From contig NW_003314262.1 in the NCBI RefSeq assembly GCF_000143415.4, forward strand, positions 5,862,304-5,926,303: DNA of 64,000 nt. The letters run 5' to 3'. This document shows, piece by piece, positions 60,509 to 64,000 of this stretch. The notes under the pieces were generated by a model, which saw nothing but the letters and a program-made list of their open reading frames with translations, had not been told where the DNA came from and did no database searches. Made by a program: the position numbers and the translations under genes. Position 1 is the first letter of the stretch; every line of letters starts with the position of its first letter. Source of the stretch: Selaginella moellendorffii. Lineage: Eukaryota; Plantae; Lycopodiophyta.

Positions 60509-61429
60509 TTAGTTTTGGCGGCATAATCTTCGAAGCGTGACCGAGATCCTGCTTTCTTGCGGCACTGGAACTCCATCCCAGATTTGCTGCGCGGGGTTTG
60601 TGTTGATTTCGTGCGTCCAGCCGTATCTGGCCTCTCCAGACATGACGAGCAAATCACCCGGACGAAGCATCACTCCCACTTTTCTGGAGCCATCCTCGCA
60701 GCTTTTAAAAGTCATAACTCTGGAGGATACCAGCGACAAGATCACGATTCCATCCTCGAAACGCAAGAGATCAACGTGAGCACCTATTCCCTTTCGAAAG
60801 CAAACCACCATCAAAAGTTGGTTCATTTTTTCTCACGAACAGAGATTTTAGAAATGTATATATATACACTGACCTCCAAAGGCTTGTAAGAATTCACGAT
60901 CATTTGATCGAACAATGGCTCTCTGGATATAACTTCTCGAGCCAAGATCTTGGATCTTTTGGAGAGCTGCTCTTCGAGCACACAGCTATGTACGAGTGCT
61001 GATAGATTCAACGCCCACAAAGGCAAGCCTCCAAATCTCATTGCCTGGAAGTTTAGAAAGGTTAGCAAATCAACACACAAAAAACAAAGCGAAGAAAAAC
61101 CACCTGATTTTCGTTTGGGTTTGTAAACCATGACTCTACTACAACACCAAAATCTAAACAAAAAACCCCAATCGGTGACAGTAGATTTACCAGCCTCAAT
61201 GTCGTCTATAAGCTCCTGTTGCTCGTGATTGGAAAGAAAATCTCGACATATCCAAAGACCCTCGACCTCCTCTACATGCTCCCATTGTCTACAAACATCG
61301 ATCAAAAAAACATAGAAAAATCAAATCGCAAACTTGCCTCTCGGAGAAGATCCCATCCTCGCCACTATCATCTTCGGAATCCCCAAACACGGCACACAAG
61401 AGATTCCTCACCGCCGACTCGTCCTCCAT
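60509..61429 (-). CDS. AlkB-family 2OG-Fe(II) dioxygenase (plant ALKBH7/ALKBH8-like), multi-exon
   Basis: 'AVFGDSEDD', 'GLWICRDFLS', 'QAMRFG', 'PLFDQMIVNSY..EGIGAHVD', 'GEARYGWTHEI' and 'RISVTLR' give the HxD..H..R ligands. Confidence 0.9.
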
Positions 61430-61448
61430 AGGAGGAGAAAAACCCAAA

Positions 61449-61510
61449 GTGACGTGTCAGCACACGTAGCGTCCACGTCAAGCGAGCTCGAGACGAGCAT
61501 GACACGTCAC
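61449..61510. promoter_or_regulatory. Cluster of four ACGT cores (ABRE/G-box-like) bracketed by an 11-bp inverted repeat, upstream of the AlkB gene
   Basis: gtgacgtgtca (61449-61459) and tgacacgtcac (61500-61510), with internal cacgtag and ccacgtca. Confidence 0.5.
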
Positions 61511-61959
61511 AGGCCAGGCTAGACTGAAAATCCGAGACTACTTCTCAAAAAAGACCCCTTTTGGCTTTAAATGCCGCGCTCTCTCTCGATCGAGCCAAGG
61601 ATAGATAGACTTTCAAGGATTTTTCAAGGCGGTGGGAGCTCATAGCCTGGAACGAAGCACGGTTGTGCTTGGTTTCTCGAGCCATCCATAAAATCGCGCT
61701 TCGTTTCATGCTATGCGCGTCCATAATGCCTTGGTTGGAGTCGCGTTGTCTCAGCTGGCGCCTGGATTGATCCATAAAGAACTCCTGGTCTTGTTTAATG
61801 GAATGTAGCGTTTCCTTGGTGAATAGTGGTTCTCTCGTTTGATATACGTCTATAACTCCGATGCTGCTGAGAGAATAAACGGAGCTCTTGTAACGAGAAG
61901 AAAAGAAAAGAAAAGAAAGAGATGGTAGCTCACCTCTGATTCTGATATGATCTTTCAGC

Positions 61960-64000
61960 TCAGCTGGATGGTCTCCAGGAAGTTTTCTGGGCGGCGATCA
62001 GCTGCTCCTGCTCCTGTGTGTATGACACGCGGATTTCCCAATGGAGTGACTTCAGGAGCGGCTCGATCTCCCCCAGAATTGTCGTGGTGTCTCGGAAAAT
62101 CCCCCAGCCGCCGGGCCTTAAAATCCTGTCCATCTCCACCACCGTGTTGACAACACCGCAGCTGCAAGACCGAGTAAAGATTCCAGGTTTTAGAACTCCA
62201 GCTAAGTGAGCGAACTCCAACTTTCACTGTTACCTCTGTTTCAAGCGTGAAAACAGATGGTCCGCGTGCAGCAGGTCATACGTGCGAGGGTATGTGCTGA
62301 AAGACTCACACCAGTCGTGATACTGTCCTATCAAACCACGGTCGGTGATAATCGGCAGTGTATCAGGCTCGGTGACTGGAACCACGTTGAGGACCCAGAC
62401 TGGGTATCCCACGAGAGCAGCAGCAAATCTGGAAAGTTTACAAGGTTAGCTAGCTGCTAAAGTTGTCTCGAGCTCAAACTTACCCTCCATATCCCGCTTT
62501 CATATCCATGACGTTCCGAATTACAGTCCAGTCGATCTCAAGGCCGCGTGCGTAGGATTTCTGGACGACATGCTGCCAGTGTATCGTGTCGGATTCAAAC
62601 TCTTCCACCGCTGGCTTTCCAAACAATCCTTTTGGAATGGTTCCAAGCCAGTCCGGTGTTGCATTCACCCTCTGGGGCCACTCCTGTGGCCATCTAGTGC
62701 CACGGATACCATCTCCTTCGGGGATCTTGTGAAGACAACTTTGCATGGGAACGTACCTGGTAAAGGAGAGCTCATGAATAAGATAGAGAGAGAGAGGGAG
62801 AACGATCTTGCAAACCATGCAGCATCTCGATTGTCTGATTCGTCACACATTGGTGGCTCGTTCTTCTGTCGTTTCTGGTAGCAAGTGTTGTCTTTGGGCT
62901 TTTGAAAGATGGCAATCCCGACCCCTGTTTTAGGATCCCGCTGTTTCACAATCATCTTCCAGCACATATTGTCAGCTAAGGCCTTCGTGTCTGCACAAAA
63001 CCACCTCGTCAGAGCTTGGATGGTAAAGCCGAGGTCGTACCTTTCCATATCTGTACATCTTCTGGTTCGTTTTTGTACACTGGAGTGGCCGACCAGACGA
63101 AGTATCCTCCCGGACGAATGAGGCGATTGAGCTCCAAAAGAAGTCTACCACCTGTTTCAAGAAGGAAAATGTTAAGAAAGTCCTTTGAACTATACAAAAA
63201 TGTGCGTACCATCTACATGCCATGGAACTCTGCAGCGAGCACAGTGTGCGATATCGTAAGCATAGCTAGGATAAACCAGCCTCTGCGTTCCCATGACCGC
63301 GAGAATTGCTGGAATTCCACGCTCCAAAGCTAGCTGAACCTGAGCTTCGTGTTCGTCTTTTGGAGCGAATGACATGGTAATAACGTTCTTGTCAAACAAA
63401 AAGCCTCCAAAACTTGCGACGCCACAGCCAACATCAAGCACGGTGCGAACGTGCTTCCCCCATGCAATATCTGGAAGACTCTGCAAAACATTTACTCCAT
63501 TAGTCTAAGCTAGCAACAGACAACAGAAACTTACAATCTGGATGAAGTCAATGTAGCGCTGAGCTCCTTGTTTAAATTGAGTTCCACCGCCAGGAAAAAG
63601 AAGAAGGTCGTCTTTCTTTTTCACCCAGTTTTGGTCCTTCTTATACGAAACTAATCCAGGATGAGGGACGTTGCTGTACCAGACCTGTAGCAAATTTTGC
63701 TAAATCATATGCTCGAAAAAACGAATTCGCATACCTGCTTTCGGCTTTGTGGCCAGTTGACATGAGCCTGGTATCCTGATGGAAGAGGTACGAGGCATTT
63801 TTTAATATCGTCTCCAGTTGGGCAATGCCGCTCCCGGTGCTCGTAGTGACTTCTTGACCTCAGCTTCTTAATAGCTTTCTGGTTGTCCAGGCACGGAATA
63901 TAATCAGCGGCATTGGAGAAACTGCAAAGTTTCAACTCCATATCAATTGGCGATTGTTCGGGTTGCTTCTCCTCGGGTTTTTTTTCTGTTTGCTGATCAG
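61960..64000 (-). CDS. Putative SAM-dependent (pectin) methyltransferase, PMT/DUF248 family; 5' end lies beyond the window
   Basis: '[18 protein letters not shown]', 'FPGGGTQF', '[11 protein letters not shown]', '[12 protein letters not shown]' and '[19 protein letters not shown]'. Confidence 0.95.

Overview
Eukaryotic nuclear DNA from a seed-free land plant. It is most likely a lycophyte such as Selaginella (inference from 41-95 nt introns, very tight gene packing, a motile-cilium gene and a DYW-PPR with extended L motifs). The window is gene-dense from about 2.3 to 42.3 kb and from 57 to 64 kb. Intact genes: U-box/ARM ligase, PSB27, DYW-PPR, proline iminopeptidase (PIP), tRNA-Phe(GAA), BAM/CLV1-like LRR-RLK, DNAAF1/ODA7, DCN1, plastid adenylate kinase, COG4, DUF1005, F-box, GCN2, aspartic protease, class III peroxidase, CYP78A, an AlkB dioxygenase and a partial PMT methyltransferase. 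There are also several pseudogenes. After a 100-N gap at 42571-42670, an AT-rich, CpG-depleted block (about 43.8-55 kb) holds a complete but non-autonomous LTR element with LTRs, PBS, PPT and a 5-bp TSD. Best leads: (1) a tRNA-Phe gene with no nearby oligo-T terminator, an atypical U discriminator and a genomic CCA, 30 nt upstream of and co-oriented with the PIP start codon (candidate tRNA-mRNA co-transcript); (2) a scrambled, twice-inverted duplicate of the PPR+PIP locus placed behind a copy of the PPR promoter (candidate antisense/hairpin small-RNA source); (3) an extremely AT-rich but intact, spliceable gene for a secreted protein fusing an unrecognised domain to a bulb-type lectin domain. 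All calls were made by eye without searches. Exon boundaries of multi-exon genes are only partly checked.
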